A stretch of DNA of 64,000 nt, taken from contig UYFQ01000001.1 of assembly GCA_900617105.1 (NCBI GenBank), forward strand, positions 2,170,001 through 2,234,000, in the 5' to 3' direction. Positions 37,661 to 47,743 of this stretch are shown here, piece by piece. The translations under genes were made by a program, and so were the position numbers. Origin of the DNA: Hydrurus foetidus (taxonomy: Eukaryota). The first letter of the stretch is position 1; the number at the start of each line of letters is the position of its first letter. The notes beneath the pieces are model-generated. The model saw only the letters and a list, made by a program, of their open reading frames with translations. It made no database searches and was not told the origin of the DNA.

Positions 37661-38506
37661 TCAATTTAATAAAAAACCAAGCTTTGGCAACGCTGTAAGG
37701 GCATTGTGCCGCGTAGCGATGGCCAGCTCTGCAGCGCTGATGCCGCGAAGCATTGCCACCTGCTCCGCAATGCGGGGCAGTTCGGCGGGCTCGTTTCGGC
37801 CTTGCGGCTGGTGTGCAGCTCGCTCAGCAGCGGTTTTATAAACCCACTGCGGCGGGATGTCGGGTGAATCGGTTTCCATCACCAAACTATCCAGAGGCAG
37901 CGTGGCCGCCAGTTGCCTGATTTGCAAGGCCGCTTCAAAAGTAACCGTGCCGCCAAAGCCAAGTTTTAACCCCAACTTTAAAAACTCATTCGCCTGCTGG
38001 GCGCTGCCATTAAACGCATGGGCAATGCCAAGCCAGCCGCCAGGCGGCTGCAGTTGCCGCAAATGTTTGAGCAACTTATCAGCAGATCGGCGAACATGCA
38101 AAATCACTGGCAGGTCATGCTTGCGAGCCAACACCAATTGCTGCCTGTAGAAGGACTCCTGCTTTTCCCGCAATGGGCTTTGCGTTAGCTCGGGCACGAA
38201 ATAGTCCAGGCCAATTTCACCAACCGCCACCAGGCGAGGGTCGACTCGGCGCAAGGTCAATTCGGCGTCCAATGCCGCCAAATCCGATTCCTGCGCATTG
38301 CCCACGCACAACGGGTGAATGCCCAGCGCGTAGCTGTAGCCGTATTCGTGCGCCAACAAGCGAGTCAGCCCAAAGTTACCCACCGCCACTGAAGGCACAA
38401 CACAATGCACCACCCCGGCAGCGGCAGCACGTGCCACCACCTCAGCAATGTCGATGGCGAACTCGTCTGCATCCAGGTGGCAGTGGGTGTCTATCCAGGT
38501 ATTCAT
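37661..38506 (-). CDS. TatD family DNase/hydrolase
   Basis: DTHCH, GEIGLD, ILHVR, ETDSP; start at ATG 38506. Confidence 0.93.
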   Translation of the reverse strand: MNTWIDTHCHLDADEFAIDIAEVVARAAAAGVVHCVVPSVAVGNFGLTRLLAHEYGYSYALGIHPLCVGNAQESDLAALDAELTLRRVDPRLVAVGEIGLDYFVPELTQSPLREKQESFYRQQLVLARKHDLPVILHVRRSADKLLKHLRQLQPPGGWLGIAHAFNGSAQQANEFLKLGLKLGFGGTVTFEAALQIRQLAATLPLDSLVMETDSPDIPPQWVYKTAAERAAHQPQGRNEPAELPRIAEQVAMLRGISAAELAIATRHNALTALPKLGFLLN

Positions 38507-38671
38507 GACGGGAGGAGTTAACAAGCTGGTTTTTTGAAATGTAGAGAATTTCAGGACAGATATTGACACACCTATTCGCCACAACTCTGGCGTACACCCG
38601 ATGCAAAAAACCTGAATTCATGATACGGTTACTTTTACCTTGCCACTTTTGTAACTTACACAGGATTGCGT

Positions 38672-39595
38672 ATGCGTCGGCCTGCCCTGTACAGCTCCCC
38701 TGTCAAAAGACCCGCTTCGGCAGCAACGCCAAACCTTCCGGACCCAGGGCAGTTGGCTATCGGCCGTATTAGCCGTATGGGACAGTTTCGGCAGGCGTTT
38801 TCGCGCAGCAACCCTGGTCGAATTGTTTACCTGCTGTGGTCGGCCATCGGGCTTTTGGCGCTTATGTTGGCGGTGACATTGTTGCTGTCAGTGCGGCCCA
38901 GCGAGCGAAAACTTACGCAAGAAATGATCAATGCGGCAGTACTCAAAACACTGGAAACCTCCGATTTGCCGTCGCCAGCGGCCAAGGCTTACGCTTTGAT
39001 CAGCCCATCAGTAGTGCGGGTTGTAGGAATGACCAAAAACAAGGCCGGTGACGAAGAAGAGCAAAGCGTGGGCACCGGCGTGGTCATTGTTGACAAAGGC
39101 ATCATTTTGACCAACCTGCACGTGGTGCAAAACGCGCAAACCATTCACATCACCTTTGCAGACGGCATGACCAGCACTGCGTCCATCACGGGCGCGCAAC
39201 CCGAAAACGACCTGGCAGTGCTACAGGCGCACAAAATTCCCGATGACCTGACTGCGGCGACCATGCGTTCAACCGCAGAACTGCTGCCCGGTGACCAGGT
39301 GATGGCAGTGGGGTATCCGTTCGGCATTGGCCCGTCAGCCTCAAGTGGCGTGATTTCAGGCTTGGGGCGAACTTTTCGCTCACCCGAGGGTCGCCAGGAA
39401 ATGCGCAACCTGATTCAATTTGACGCGGCTGCCAATCCGGGTAACTCGGGCGGCCCTTTGGTCACCATGGACGGGCAGGTAGTCGGAATCGTCACCGCGA
39501 TTTACAACCCCAATCAGCAGAGGACTTTTGTGGGTATTGGCTTTGCTGTTCCCATTGAAAACGCCGCATCGGCTGCCGGCATGCCACCTTTTTAA
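38672..39595 (+). CDS. membrane-anchored trypsin-like (S1C) serine protease without PDZ
   Basis: TNLHVV, NDLAVL, GNSGGP catalytic triad; N-terminal TM. Confidence 0.9.
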   Translation: MRRPALYSSPVKRPASAATPNLPDPGQLAIGRISRMGQFRQAFSRSNPGRIVYLLWSAIGLLALMLAVTLLLSVRPSERKLTQEMINAAVLKTLETSDLPSPAAKAYALISPSVVRVVGMTKNKAGDEEEQSVGTGVVIVDKGIILTNLHVVQNAQTIHITFADGMTSTASITGAQPENDLAVLQAHKIPDDLTAATMRSTAELLPGDQVMAVGYPFGIGPSASSGVISGLGRTFRSPEGRQEMRNLIQFDAAANPGNSGGPLVTMDGQVVGIVTAIYNPNQQRTFVGIGFAVPIENAASAAGMPPF

Positions 39596-39696
39596 ATTTT
39601 GCGGGACAGACCAATCGACCTGCGAAGCAGCCGATTGCTCTGTCCTCAAACTGATCAACTCTCCCGAATTTGAACCCGAATTAAAAGGCTAAAACC

Positions 39697-40692
39697 ATGC
39701 AGGAAAACCAGAACACCTCCCAACTCATGGAACAAATCCTCTACGAGGTCAAACGCATCGTCGTCGGGCAAGACAAGTTTTTAGAGCGCGTGATGGTGGC
39801 CATTCTTGCGCAAGGGCACTTGCTGGTTGAAGGCGTTCCTGGCTTGGCCAAAACACTCACTGTTAAAACCCTGGCCAACACCATTACTGGCGATTTCAAA
39901 CGCATCCAGTTCACGCCCGACCTGGTGCCCGCAGATTTAATTGGCACGCGCGTTTACAACCAAAAAACAGGCGAGTTCAGCACATCACTCGGACCAGTTT
40001 TTACCAACCTGCTGCTGGCCGACGAAATCAACCGCGCGCCCGCCAAGGTGCAAAGTGCGCTGCTTGAGGTGATGCAGGAAAGACAAGTCACGATTGCTGG
40101 CGTGACGCACAAAGTGCCTTCGCCTTTTTTAGTGATGGCCACGCAAAACCCAATTGAAACCGAAGGCACTTACCCGCTGCCTGAAGCGCAGGTTGACCGC
40201 TTCATGATGAAGGTTCTGGTTGACTACCCGACCGATGAAGAAGAATTTGTGATTGTGCAGCGGGTGACGGGCCCGGCGGTGGCCGTGTCAGCCGTGGCCA
40301 CTACCGAGCAGCTGGCTGCACTGCAAGCCGAATGCCGCAAGGTATACGTTGACCCGTCGCTGGTGCAGTACGCTGTGAAGTTGGTGTCCGCCACGCGCTA
40401 CCCCGACAAGCACGGCATGAAGGAGTTGGCCCGGTTCATTACTTTTGGCGCCAGCCCGCGCGCCACCATCAATTTGACCGAAGGCGCGCGCGCTTTAGCC
40501 ATGCTGCGTGGCCGCAACTATGCGCTGCCTGAGGACATGACCGATTTGGTACCCGATGTGCTGCGGCACCGCTTGGTGCTGTCGTATGAAGCCCTGTCTG
40601 AAGGCTTGACTGCCGACGCTGTGGTGGGAAAAATCATGACCAAAATTCCACAGCCAGCGAAACCATTAGCCCATGAGCAACTCGCAGCCTAA
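39697..40692 (+). CDS. MoxR family AAA+ ATPase
   Basis: EGVPGLAKT, RIQFTPDL, DEINRAP, ATQNP. Confidence 0.95.
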   Translation: MQENQNTSQLMEQILYEVKRIVVGQDKFLERVMVAILAQGHLLVEGVPGLAKTLTVKTLANTITGDFKRIQFTPDLVPADLIGTRVYNQKTGEFSTSLGPVFTNLLLADEINRAPAKVQSALLEVMQERQVTIAGVTHKVPSPFLVMATQNPIETEGTYPLPEAQVDRFMMKVLVDYPTDEEEFVIVQRVTGPAVAVSAVATTEQLAALQAECRKVYVDPSLVQYAVKLVSATRYPDKHGMKELARFITFGASPRATINLTEGARALAMLRGRNYALPEDMTDLVPDVLRHRLVLSYEALSEGLTADAVVGKIMTKIPQPAKPLAHEQLAA

Positions 40693-41623
40693 ACAAAAAG
40701 AAGGCGCAGAGCAACTCCTCCGGCGGCTGGAGTGGACAGTGCTGCGCCGCCTTGATGGCCTGTTGCAGGGCGACTACCACACGCTGCTGCGCGGCACCGG
40801 CATGGACCTGGCCGACCTGCGCGAATACCAGCACCATGACGATGTGCGCCACATCGACTGGAATGTGACGGCGCGTTTGCAGCAGCCGCATGTGCGCGTT
40901 TTTACCGAAGACCGCGAAATGAGCGCCTGGTTTTTACTCGACCTCAGCCCGTCGATGGACTTTGGCTCTGGCAACCAGCGCAAACGCGGCTTGTCAGCTG
41001 AATTTGTTGGCGTACTGGCACGCCTGTTGACCCGCCACGGCAACCGTGTGGGCGCCATGCTGTACGGCTCGGGCGTAGATACCGTTTTGCCTGCGCGTGG
41101 TGGCCGCCAACACATTCTTCAACTGCTGCACACGCTGCAAATACGGCCCGACGCAAAGCAGGCTGGCCCCACCAAGCTGCATGAATTACTGGAATCAGCC
41201 GCCAAACAAATCCGCCGCCGCTCCACGATTTTTGTGGTGTCTGACTTCATCAGCGAAACCGGCTGGGACAAGCCGCTGGGCATGCTGGCGCAGCGCCACG
41301 AAGTCGTGGCCGTACGGCTGCTGGATGCCATGGAGCTTGACTTGCCCGACTTGGGCTTGATCCCGATTAACGACGCGGAAACTGGTGAGCAACTTCTGGT
41401 AGACACGCACGACGCCAGTTTTCGCAGGCGCTTTGCCAGCATTGCCGCGCAGAGGGAAGCTGATTTGCGGCAGTCGCTAAGCAAAGCCGGGGTAGACACG
41501 CTGGAGCTACAAACTGGCGGCGACCTGGTCGAGGCGTTAATGCGCTTTACCGACTTGCGCAAACGCCGCGCCCGCTTATCTGCCGGTGGCTCGCTGCCTG
41601 CACACTTGATGCGGACGGCGTAA
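40673..41623 (+). CDS. DUF58 domain protein
   Basis: REYQ..DDVRHIDWNVTAR, DLSPSM, SDF. Confidence 0.92.
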   Translation: MSNSQPKQKEGAEQLLRRLEWTVLRRLDGLLQGDYHTLLRGTGMDLADLREYQHHDDVRHIDWNVTARLQQPHVRVFTEDREMSAWFLLDLSPSMDFGSGNQRKRGLSAEFVGVLARLLTRHGNRVGAMLYGSGVDTVLPARGGRQHILQLLHTLQIRPDAKQAGPTKLHELLESAAKQIRRRSTIFVVSDFISETGWDKPLGMLAQRHEVVAVRLLDAMELDLPDLGLIPINDAETGEQLLVDTHDASFRRRFASIAAQREADLRQSLSKAGVDTLELQTGGDLVEALMRFTDLRKRRARLSAGGSLPAHLMRTA

Positions 41624-41644
41624 AAAGACAATCAGGACACATCC

Positions 41645-42763
41645 ATGACCTCTTTCACCACCTCTTTCACCACCTTGATAGCAGCTTGGTTCGCGAAGTT
41701 TCCCATGACGTTTATGTGGCCCCAATTTTTGTGGCTGCTGTTGCTCTTGCCGCTGCTGATCGTGCTGTACATCTGGCTGCTGCGCCGCAAGAAAAAAGTG
41801 GCGCTGCGCTACGCCAGCCTGTCCATCGTTCGCGAGGCCATGGGCAAAGGCCAAAACTTTCGCAGGCACGTACCGCCGCTATTGTTTTTATGTTCGCTAG
41901 CCGCCATGCTGGTGGCGTCCAGCAGGCCGTTTGCCGTCATCACGCTGCCATCTGACCAGCAAACCATCATGCTGGCCATGGATGTGTCGGGCAGCATGCG
42001 GGCAACCGACGTAAAACCCAATCGGCTGGTGGCCTCACAAGACGCGGCCAAAGCGTTTTTGGCAGAGCTGCCGCGCAACATTCGGGTGGGCATTGTGGCG
42101 TTTGCGGGTACGGCATCGGTTGTGCAACCAGCTACTCTAAGCCGTGAAGATTTGGTGGTGGCGATTGACAAATTTCAAGTGCAGCGCGGCACTGCCATAG
42201 GTAACGGCATTGTGGTGTCGCTGGCCGAGCTGTTCCCCGACGCGGGGATTGACATTGCATCGATGCTGGCCGGCCGAGACAAGCCGCGCGGAACTGCGAT
42301 TGACCAAGCCCCTGCAGCCGGCAAAGACGGCAAACCGATGAAGCCTTTTACGCCTGTGGCGCCCGGATCCTATAACTCTGCTGCTATTATTTTGTTAACT
42401 GACGGGCAACGCACCACGGGCGTTGATTCCATTGATGCAGCGAAGGCCGCCGCCGACCGCGGCGTGCGCGTGTACACGGTAGGGGTCGGCACAGTCGACG
42501 GAGAAATCATTGGCTTTGAAGGCTGGTCAATGCGGGTCAAGCTCGATGAAGTGACCTTGAAAAGTATTGCACGCGACACACAGGCCGAGTACTTTTACGC
42601 AGGCACCGCCGCTGATTTGAAAAAAGTGTACGAATCACTCAGCTCCAGGCTGGCTGTAGTGAAAAAAGAAACCGAGATTTCAGGGCTGTTAGCGCTGCTT
42701 GCCGCGGCATTTTCCTTGCTGTCTGCGGGGCTATCTCTCGCTTGGTTCAACCGGATTTTGTAG
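41645..42763 (+). CDS. VWA domain membrane protein (BatA-like); start may be 41705
   Basis: MIDAS DVSGS, GTAIG, LLTDG; N- and C-terminal TM. Confidence 0.9.
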   Translation: MTSFTTSFTTLIAAWFAKFPMTFMWPQFLWLLLLLPLLIVLYIWLLRRKKKVALRYASLSIVREAMGKGQNFRRHVPPLLFLCSLAAMLVASSRPFAVITLPSDQQTIMLAMDVSGSMRATDVKPNRLVASQDAAKAFLAELPRNIRVGIVAFAGTASVVQPATLSREDLVVAIDKFQVQRGTAIGNGIVVSLAELFPDAGIDIASMLAGRDKPRGTAIDQAPAAGKDGKPMKPFTPVAPGSYNSAAIILLTDGQRTTGVDSIDAAKAAADRGVRVYTVGVGTVDGEIIGFEGWSMRVKLDEVTLKSIARDTQAEYFYAGTAADLKKVYESLSSRLAVVKKETEISGLLALLAAAFSLLSAGLSLAWFNRIL

Positions 42764-42794
42764 CGAGTTTTTTTGCTTGCCCGCCGACTTGCGG

Positions 42795-44042
42795 CTACTT
42801 CACATTGCATTCGCGCCGCACCATGGCTAGCGCATCATTGAAAGCGCCCACCGCATCGCTTTGCAAAACCGGCGCCGCTTCTTGCGCAAACGTCGCCCAC
42901 AGCTGCAGGTAGTCTTTGACGTACTGCGCTGGCGCGTGGTCGGTGATGTAGCCTGTGGCGGCCTCGGGTTTGAAGCCTGCTTTTTGAATTTTACGGATGA
43001 GCGTAGAAGCACTTTTATCGGTCAGCAGTGTTTTGGGCGCTGCATGTGCCGCCAGGCAGAAAAACAGGGTCAGCAGCGAGCCATCATCGGTATTGCCACC
43101 CGTCAACTTGTCCCAGTCGCCTGAGGTTGACCGGTCATGGTGGTCCACCTCCGACAAACCGTCCTCGCGCCAAAAATAGCGGCCAATAAACGCTGGAGTC
43201 TGGTCAAACAAGCGCCGCGTAGGCAACGCAGCATCTAAAAATTTGGCCGAATCCACCAACACAGATTGCCGCACGTTTTCCACCACGTGTCGATATTCAA
43301 CAGGTAAATTCTTGGGCAGGCTAATGCTGAAGTCAGCAGGTTTACCGGCATATTTTTTGCGCAGCGCGACGATTGTTTTTTCAAACGCTACCCAGTCGGG
43401 CAGCTTGGTGCCGCGCGTAGCCAGGCTCAGCAACGCGGTGCGAATCACTGCTTCGGCGTCTTTTCCGGCTTCTTCCAGCTCATCTTCTTCCATGCCCAGT
43501 GCGTCGGCCATCCAGATGGCTGCGTCAATCACCAGACTGACCTCTTTACGCAGTGCCAGCTCCGCCTGAAAATCAGCCAGGCTGCGCAGCGACCATTTGC
43601 CCAACTGAGCAATATGCTCGTCGGTAAAACCGCTGCGCTCATTCATGCCAAAGTGACTGTTTTGCGGCATGGCAATCATCGTTTTGAGCAAGTCCGAGCC
43701 GCCTTTGGAGCGCGACATAAAAGAGTTTTCGGCCAGCGATGTAGCGGCTTCGCGCAGGTCCCCGCGGCAAGTGTGCTCCAAATACAGGCTGACCAAATTG
43801 ACCATGCGGTCTTTGGCTTTTTCAAGGTCAGGGCGTAAAAATTCGGTACCGAAATATCGCGCAATTTGCACCATGCCCTTGGGCGCATCAACCGCAATGG
43901 TGTTCAATTTTTCAGCGTTAATAATGCGCTGTTCAATACCGTACTTAAGCGCTTTTTCAAAGAAGGGCCGTGCGTCGTACAACGACACCGACGCGTTGGT
44001 AGCTGACTGCGGAAAAGGATCAGTGACTTGCAGCGTCGTCAT
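42795..44042 (-). CDS. conserved hypothetical protein, putative AtcC
   Basis: Fourth gene after an AtcJ-like J protein; assignment from gene order only. Confidence 0.55.
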   Translation of the reverse strand: MTTLQVTDPFPQSATNASVSLYDARPFFEKALKYGIEQRIINAEKLNTIAVDAPKGMVQIARYFGTEFLRPDLEKAKDRMVNLVSLYLEHTCRGDLREAATSLAENSFMSRSKGGSDLLKTMIAMPQNSHFGMNERSGFTDEHIAQLGKWSLRSLADFQAELALRKEVSLVIDAAIWMADALGMEEDELEEAGKDAEAVIRTALLSLATRGTKLPDWVAFEKTIVALRKKYAGKPADFSISLPKNLPVEYRHVVENVRQSVLVDSAKFLDAALPTRRLFDQTPAFIGRYFWREDGLSEVDHHDRSTSGDWDKLTGGNTDDGSLLTLFFCLAAHAAPKTLLTDKSASTLIRKIQKAGFKPEAATGYITDHAPAQYVKDYLQLWATFAQEAAPVLQSDAVGAFNDALAMVRRECNVK

Positions 44043-44056
44043 GTAGTGGGTGTTCG

Positions 44057-44821
44057 TTAGATGGCCGACTCTTCGTCAGAATCGCGTTTGATCGGCGTGG
44101 CTTTACCGCGATCAGTGTCGCCCGTTTCTACTTTTCCGTCGTCTTCTTCTGGCTCTTCTTCGTCGCCAAAGCCTGCGTCAAACGCGCTGGCTTTGGCGCG
44201 CAGCACCATCAACATTTCAATAAACAAGTCGGGCAGCTCGTAGCGCAAAATCCACGCTAGCTGCATCCAGTCCTGGTCGGCTATTTCGTCCTGCTCTACT
44301 TTTGGTCTGGCGTAGGCTGAAGCCAGCAGCGCCGACTGCGACAACATTTCGCCGTGGTCTTCCATCGCGTCAAACAGGCCGCTGCGCGCAAATGCCTCTA
44401 CCCGGCTCCACTTTTCAGAAAAATAATCAGCCAACGCGTCGCTTCCGCCCTCCAGGTCGCCAATCGCGGTTAAAAACGCGACAGGGTCTGCATCATCGCG
44501 AAAAATAATCGAGTTCATCATGCCGCGCAAGTGCGTGCGGGTCAGGTCTTTGTACTGCTTTTCAATCACGACGGCACGAGCAAATTGCTCCGGCGTGACC
44601 AGCAAATTAATGACGGATTCTTTGGAGCCGTCGTATTCACGAATGATGGCCAGCACATCTTTGGCGGGCAGCTGCTCCAGCACCACCATCAGCGCGGAAT
44701 CGCCTTCAGCGTCAGCCAGCTCGACCAACGCGCCTTCAGCGCCCACAATGTCGCCGGCTGCGATCAGGGTTTGGGTTTTTGTAATGAGGGCCAAGTTATT
44801 GGTTGATGTGGTCATGGTCAC
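44057..44821 (-). CDS. acidic hypothetical protein, putative AtcB
   Basis: Third gene of the J-domain operon; overlaps upstream stop (ATGA). Confidence 0.55.
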   Translation of the reverse strand: MTMTTSTNNLALITKTQTLIAAGDIVGAEGALVELADAEGDSALMVVLEQLPAKDVLAIIREYDGSKESVINLLVTPEQFARAVVIEKQYKDLTRTHLRGMMNSIIFRDDADPVAFLTAIGDLEGGSDALADYFSEKWSRVEAFARSGLFDAMEDHGEMLSQSALLASAYARPKVEQDEIADQDWMQLAWILRYELPDLFIEMLMVLRAKASAFDAGFGDEEEPEEDDGKVETGDTDRGKATPIKRDSDEESAI

Positions 44822-45348
44822 TCTTTCCTGTCAAAGCCTTGCTCCGCCATCCAATCGTCGCCCGCTTCTTTGCGGGCTTTGGCATCGGCCCGCTCTTCGG
44901 CGTCGCCGTCAAACTCGTCTTCTTCATCAAGCTCTTCATCGTCGGCTTCGTCGCCCTTAGCTAAAGGCCTGCCCGCCATGTATTCAAGGCTGGCCGCTAA
45001 CGTCAAAAATCGCTCGCCGCCTGGCTCTGCCAACACAGCATCGGCCAAGTCCTGTGCCCACGGGGCTAGCGACACATCGCCAGTCAAGCTGCTCCAGTCG
45101 GGCAGCTCGTCGGCTTCAAAGCTGAGCAAGTCGTCCATCACAGCCGGCGATTTAAAAGCGAAACCTTGGTGAAAAACAACCGCCACCATCTCGGGGCTGA
45201 GCTCCATCATTTTCACCAAAAATCCTATTTCTTGGCGTTTATCGGCCAGCCGCTGCCGCAAAACGTCCTTGCCTTCAGAGTCAAAGGTCAAGTCGTCAAG
45301 TTCGGCCTGGTAGGCAGAGCGCAAGTTTTTAAAAAAAGGTGAAGCCAT
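44818..45348 (-). CDS. acidic hypothetical protein, putative AtcA
   Basis: Second gene of the J-domain operon; acidic tail ending WMAEQGFDRKE. Confidence 0.55.
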   Translation of the reverse strand: MASPFFKNLRSAYQAELDDLTFDSEGKDVLRQRLADKRQEIGFLVKMMELSPEMVAVVFHQGFAFKSPAVMDDLLSFEADELPDWSSLTGDVSLAPWAQDLADAVLAEPGGERFLTLAASLEYMAGRPLAKGDEADDEELDEEDEFDGDAEERADAKARKEAGDDWMAEQGFDRKE

Positions 45349-45377
45349 GAGTCGGATGTGGGGTCGATTGGGAAAAG

Positions 45378-45653
45378 TTAAACAACGGTTTTGAAATAGG
45401 TCTGCCAAATTTCTCGGGCTGTATCTTGCGGGTCGTCCAGCAAATTACGGCGTCGGTTGTCGTCATAGGCCTGGCGTTTGTCAGCGTCAGACAGCACGTC
45501 ATAAGCCTCCTGCACAGCCCTGAAGCGTACAGCCGCATCGTCAGCCGTGTTCCTGTCCGGGTGATAAAACGACGCTTTTTGGCGAAACGCCTTTTTGACA
45601 TCAGCAAGCGTAGCGGCGCTGTTCAGGCCTAGGGTCGTGTAGTGGTCAGACAT
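45378..45653 (-). CDS. atcJ: small J-domain co-chaperone (91 aa), AtcJ-like
   Basis: HPD motif; C-terminal PQDTAREIW = PX7W motif characteristic of AtcJ. Confidence 0.8.
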   Translation of the reverse strand: MSDHYTTLGLNSAATLADVKKAFRQKASFYHPDRNTADDAAVRFRAVQEAYDVLSDADKRQAYDDNRRRNLLDDPQDTAREIWQTYFKTVV

Positions 45654-46344
45654 TTTCAAACAACCGCCCCTCAACCAACCGACACCGCCGCGCACAACGC
45701 GCTGCCAGTGACTCGTCATGCGTGACCATGATGAACGCTGTGCCTTGGTCACGTGCGAGCTGCAGCATCAGTTCAAACACGCCTTCAGCGGTTGACCTGT
45801 CGAGATTGCCGGTGGGTTCATCGGCCAGCACGCAGGCCGGTTGGGTGACGAGCGCGCGTGCAATCGCGACGCGCTGACGCTCCCCGCCTGAGAGCTCCGC
45901 CGGGCGGTGATGCAGGCGATCTTTCAAGCCCACGCTCGCTAGCATTTTAGTAGCTACCTGCGCTGATTCTTCCGGCGCCATACGCCGAATCCACAGCGGC
46001 ATGGCAACGTTATCAAGCGCACTGAACTCCGGCAGTAAATGATGAAACTGGTACACAAAACCCAAGTGCTGGTTTCGCAATTGGCCCTGCAGTTGCGGCG
46101 TTAGCGTTGACAGGTCTTGCCCTTTGAGCACCACCTGCCCGCTTGTGGGTGCGTCTAGCCCGCCCATCAGGTGCAGCAGCGTGCTTTTGCCTGAGCCTGA
46201 TGCACCGACGATGGCAATGGTGTCGCCTGCGTTGACTTGCAGGTCTACGCCTTTGAGCACGGTGACGTCCAAGCGGCCTTCTATGAAGCGCTTGGTCAAG
46301 TTAGTTGCACTTAGGACGGTAGAGCTGTTGTTGGTAGAGGTCAT
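45646..46344 (-). CDS. lolD: lipoprotein-releasing system ATP-binding protein
   Basis: [19 protein letters not shown]olD motif, LSGGE. Confidence 0.95.
   Translation of the reverse strand: MTSTNNSSTVLSATNLTKRFIEGRLDVTVLKGVDLQVNAGDTIAIVGASGSGKSTLLHLMGGLDAPTSGQVVLKGQDLSTLTPQLQGQLRNQHLGFVYQFHHLLPEFSALDNVAMPLWIRRMAPEESAQVATKMLASVGLKDRLHHRPAELSGGERQRVAIARALVTQPACVLADEPTGNLDRSTAEGVFELMLQLARDQGTAFIMVTHDESLAARCARRCRLVEGRLFENV
45937..45990 (-). repeat. two-hairpin repeat, copy 8 (highly degenerate, in-frame in lolD)
   Basis: GCTA-N9-TAGC hairpin intact; about 30/54 ungapped identity to copy 6. Confidence 0.45.
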
Positions 46345-46363
46345 GTCTTTCCTCCCTTCAAGC

Positions 46364-46450
46364 AGGGGCCGCGGAACCGGCTTTGCCGGGCCGCAGGCGC
46401 AGCGGCCCCCTCGGGGGGCAGCGAACCACGCAAAGCGGGGAGCGTGGGGG
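46364..46450. repeat. GC-rich structured intergenic element (REP-like) between lolE and lolD
   Basis: Nested hairpins GCGG..CCGGC/GCCGG..CCGC and GCCCCC-TCG-GGGGGC; single copy in window. Confidence 0.5.
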
Positions 46451-46455
46451 TCACA

Positions 46456-47709
46456 TTATTCATAACGCAACGCCTCCGCAGGATTCACCCGGCTGGCGCG
46501 CCAGCTCGGGTAGAGCGTGGCCAAAAAAGCCAGCACCAGAGCAATCACGGCGATTGGCATGATGTCGGCGTACAGCGGCTCGCTTGGCATGCGGCTGATG
46601 AGGTAAATGTCCTTGGGTAAAAAATTCGCGCTGAGCAGCTTTTCCAGCGCCGGCACGATCACGTCAATATTGAACGCAATGCCCAGCCCCAACAGCAGCC
46701 CGGCCAGCGTGCCAATCACACCGACCATGGCGCCCTGCACTACAAATATGCCCATGATGCTTTTCGGGCTGGCTCCCAGCGTGCGCAAAATGGCGATGTC
46801 GGCGCGCTTGTCGGTTACCGTCATCACCAGTGTTGACACGAGGTTAAACGCCGCTACAGCAACAATCAGCGTGAGGATGATGAACATCATGCGTTTTTCA
46901 AGCTGCACTGCGGCAAACCAGGTTTTGTTTTGCCGCGTCCAGTCGCGTATCAGTAAATCGCCGCTTAACGTGCGCGAAAGCTCTTGCGCCACCTCACGCG
47001 CCTGGTGCAGGTCACGTAGCTTGATGCGGATGCCCGTTGGCCCTTCTAGTCTGAAAATTTTGGCAGCGTCGTCCTGGTGCAGCATGACCAGTGCCGAGTC
47101 GTATTCATAGTGGCCTGAATCAAAAGTGCCCACCACTTTCATTTGCTTGAGGCGCGGCACCACGCCTGCTGGGGTGACTTGCCCACTGGGCGCAATCAGC
47201 GTCACCGTGTCGCCCTCTCGCACGCCCATGGCACGTGCCAGCTCACCGCCCAGCACCACGCCAAATTCGCCTGGAATTAACTTGGCTAGGGTCGGGCCAG
47301 ACGTAGCAGCCAAGTCAGTGACTTGCCCTTCCAACGCCGGGTCAATGCCGCGTACCAGCGTGCCTTTCATGTCCTCACCCCTCGCCAAAAGAGCCTGAGC
47401 AGCTATAAAAGTTGCAGCGCCCACCACGTTTTTATTGGCTTTGATCTCAGCCAGTGTTTTTTGCGGGTCGGGCAGCGCCGCGCCGTTGGGGGCAAACACT
47501 TCAATGTGCGAAATAACGCCCAGCATGCGGTCACGCACTTCTTTTTGAAAACCGTTCATCACACTGAGCACAATGATCAGCGCCGCCACGCCCAGCGCAA
47601 TGCCCAGCATCGACACGCCAGAGATAAACGATATAAAACCGTTGCGGCGGGTTGCGCGGCCAGCGCGGGTGTAGCGCCAGCCCAAAATCAGTTCATAAGG
47701 TAATCGCAT
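46456..47709 (-). CDS. lolE: lipoprotein-releasing ABC transporter permease (LolC/E)
   Basis: FISFIS..GIALGV, SVMNGF, IAILRTLGA, PAEALRYE; start at ATG 47709. Confidence 0.93.
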   Translation of the reverse strand: MRLPYELILGWRYTRAGRATRRNGFISFISGVSMLGIALGVAALIIVLSVMNGFQKEVRDRMLGVISHIEVFAPNGAALPDPQKTLAEIKANKNVVGAATFIAAQALLARGEDMKGTLVRGIDPALEGQVTDLAATSGPTLAKLIPGEFGVVLGGELARAMGVREGDTVTLIAPSGQVTPAGVVPRLKQMKVVGTFDSGHYEYDSALVMLHQDDAAKIFRLEGPTGIRIKLRDLHQAREVAQELSRTLSGDLLIRDWTRQNKTWFAAVQLEKRMMFIILTLIVAVAAFNLVSTLVMTVTDKRADIAILRTLGASPKSIMGIFVVQGAMVGVIGTLAGLLLGLGIAFNIDVIVPALEKLLSANFLPKDIYLISRMPSEPLYADIMPIAVIALVLAFLATLYPSWRASRVNPAEALRYE

Positions 47710-47743
47710 AACTGTTAATTGTGGCATCCCGGACAATACGCCA

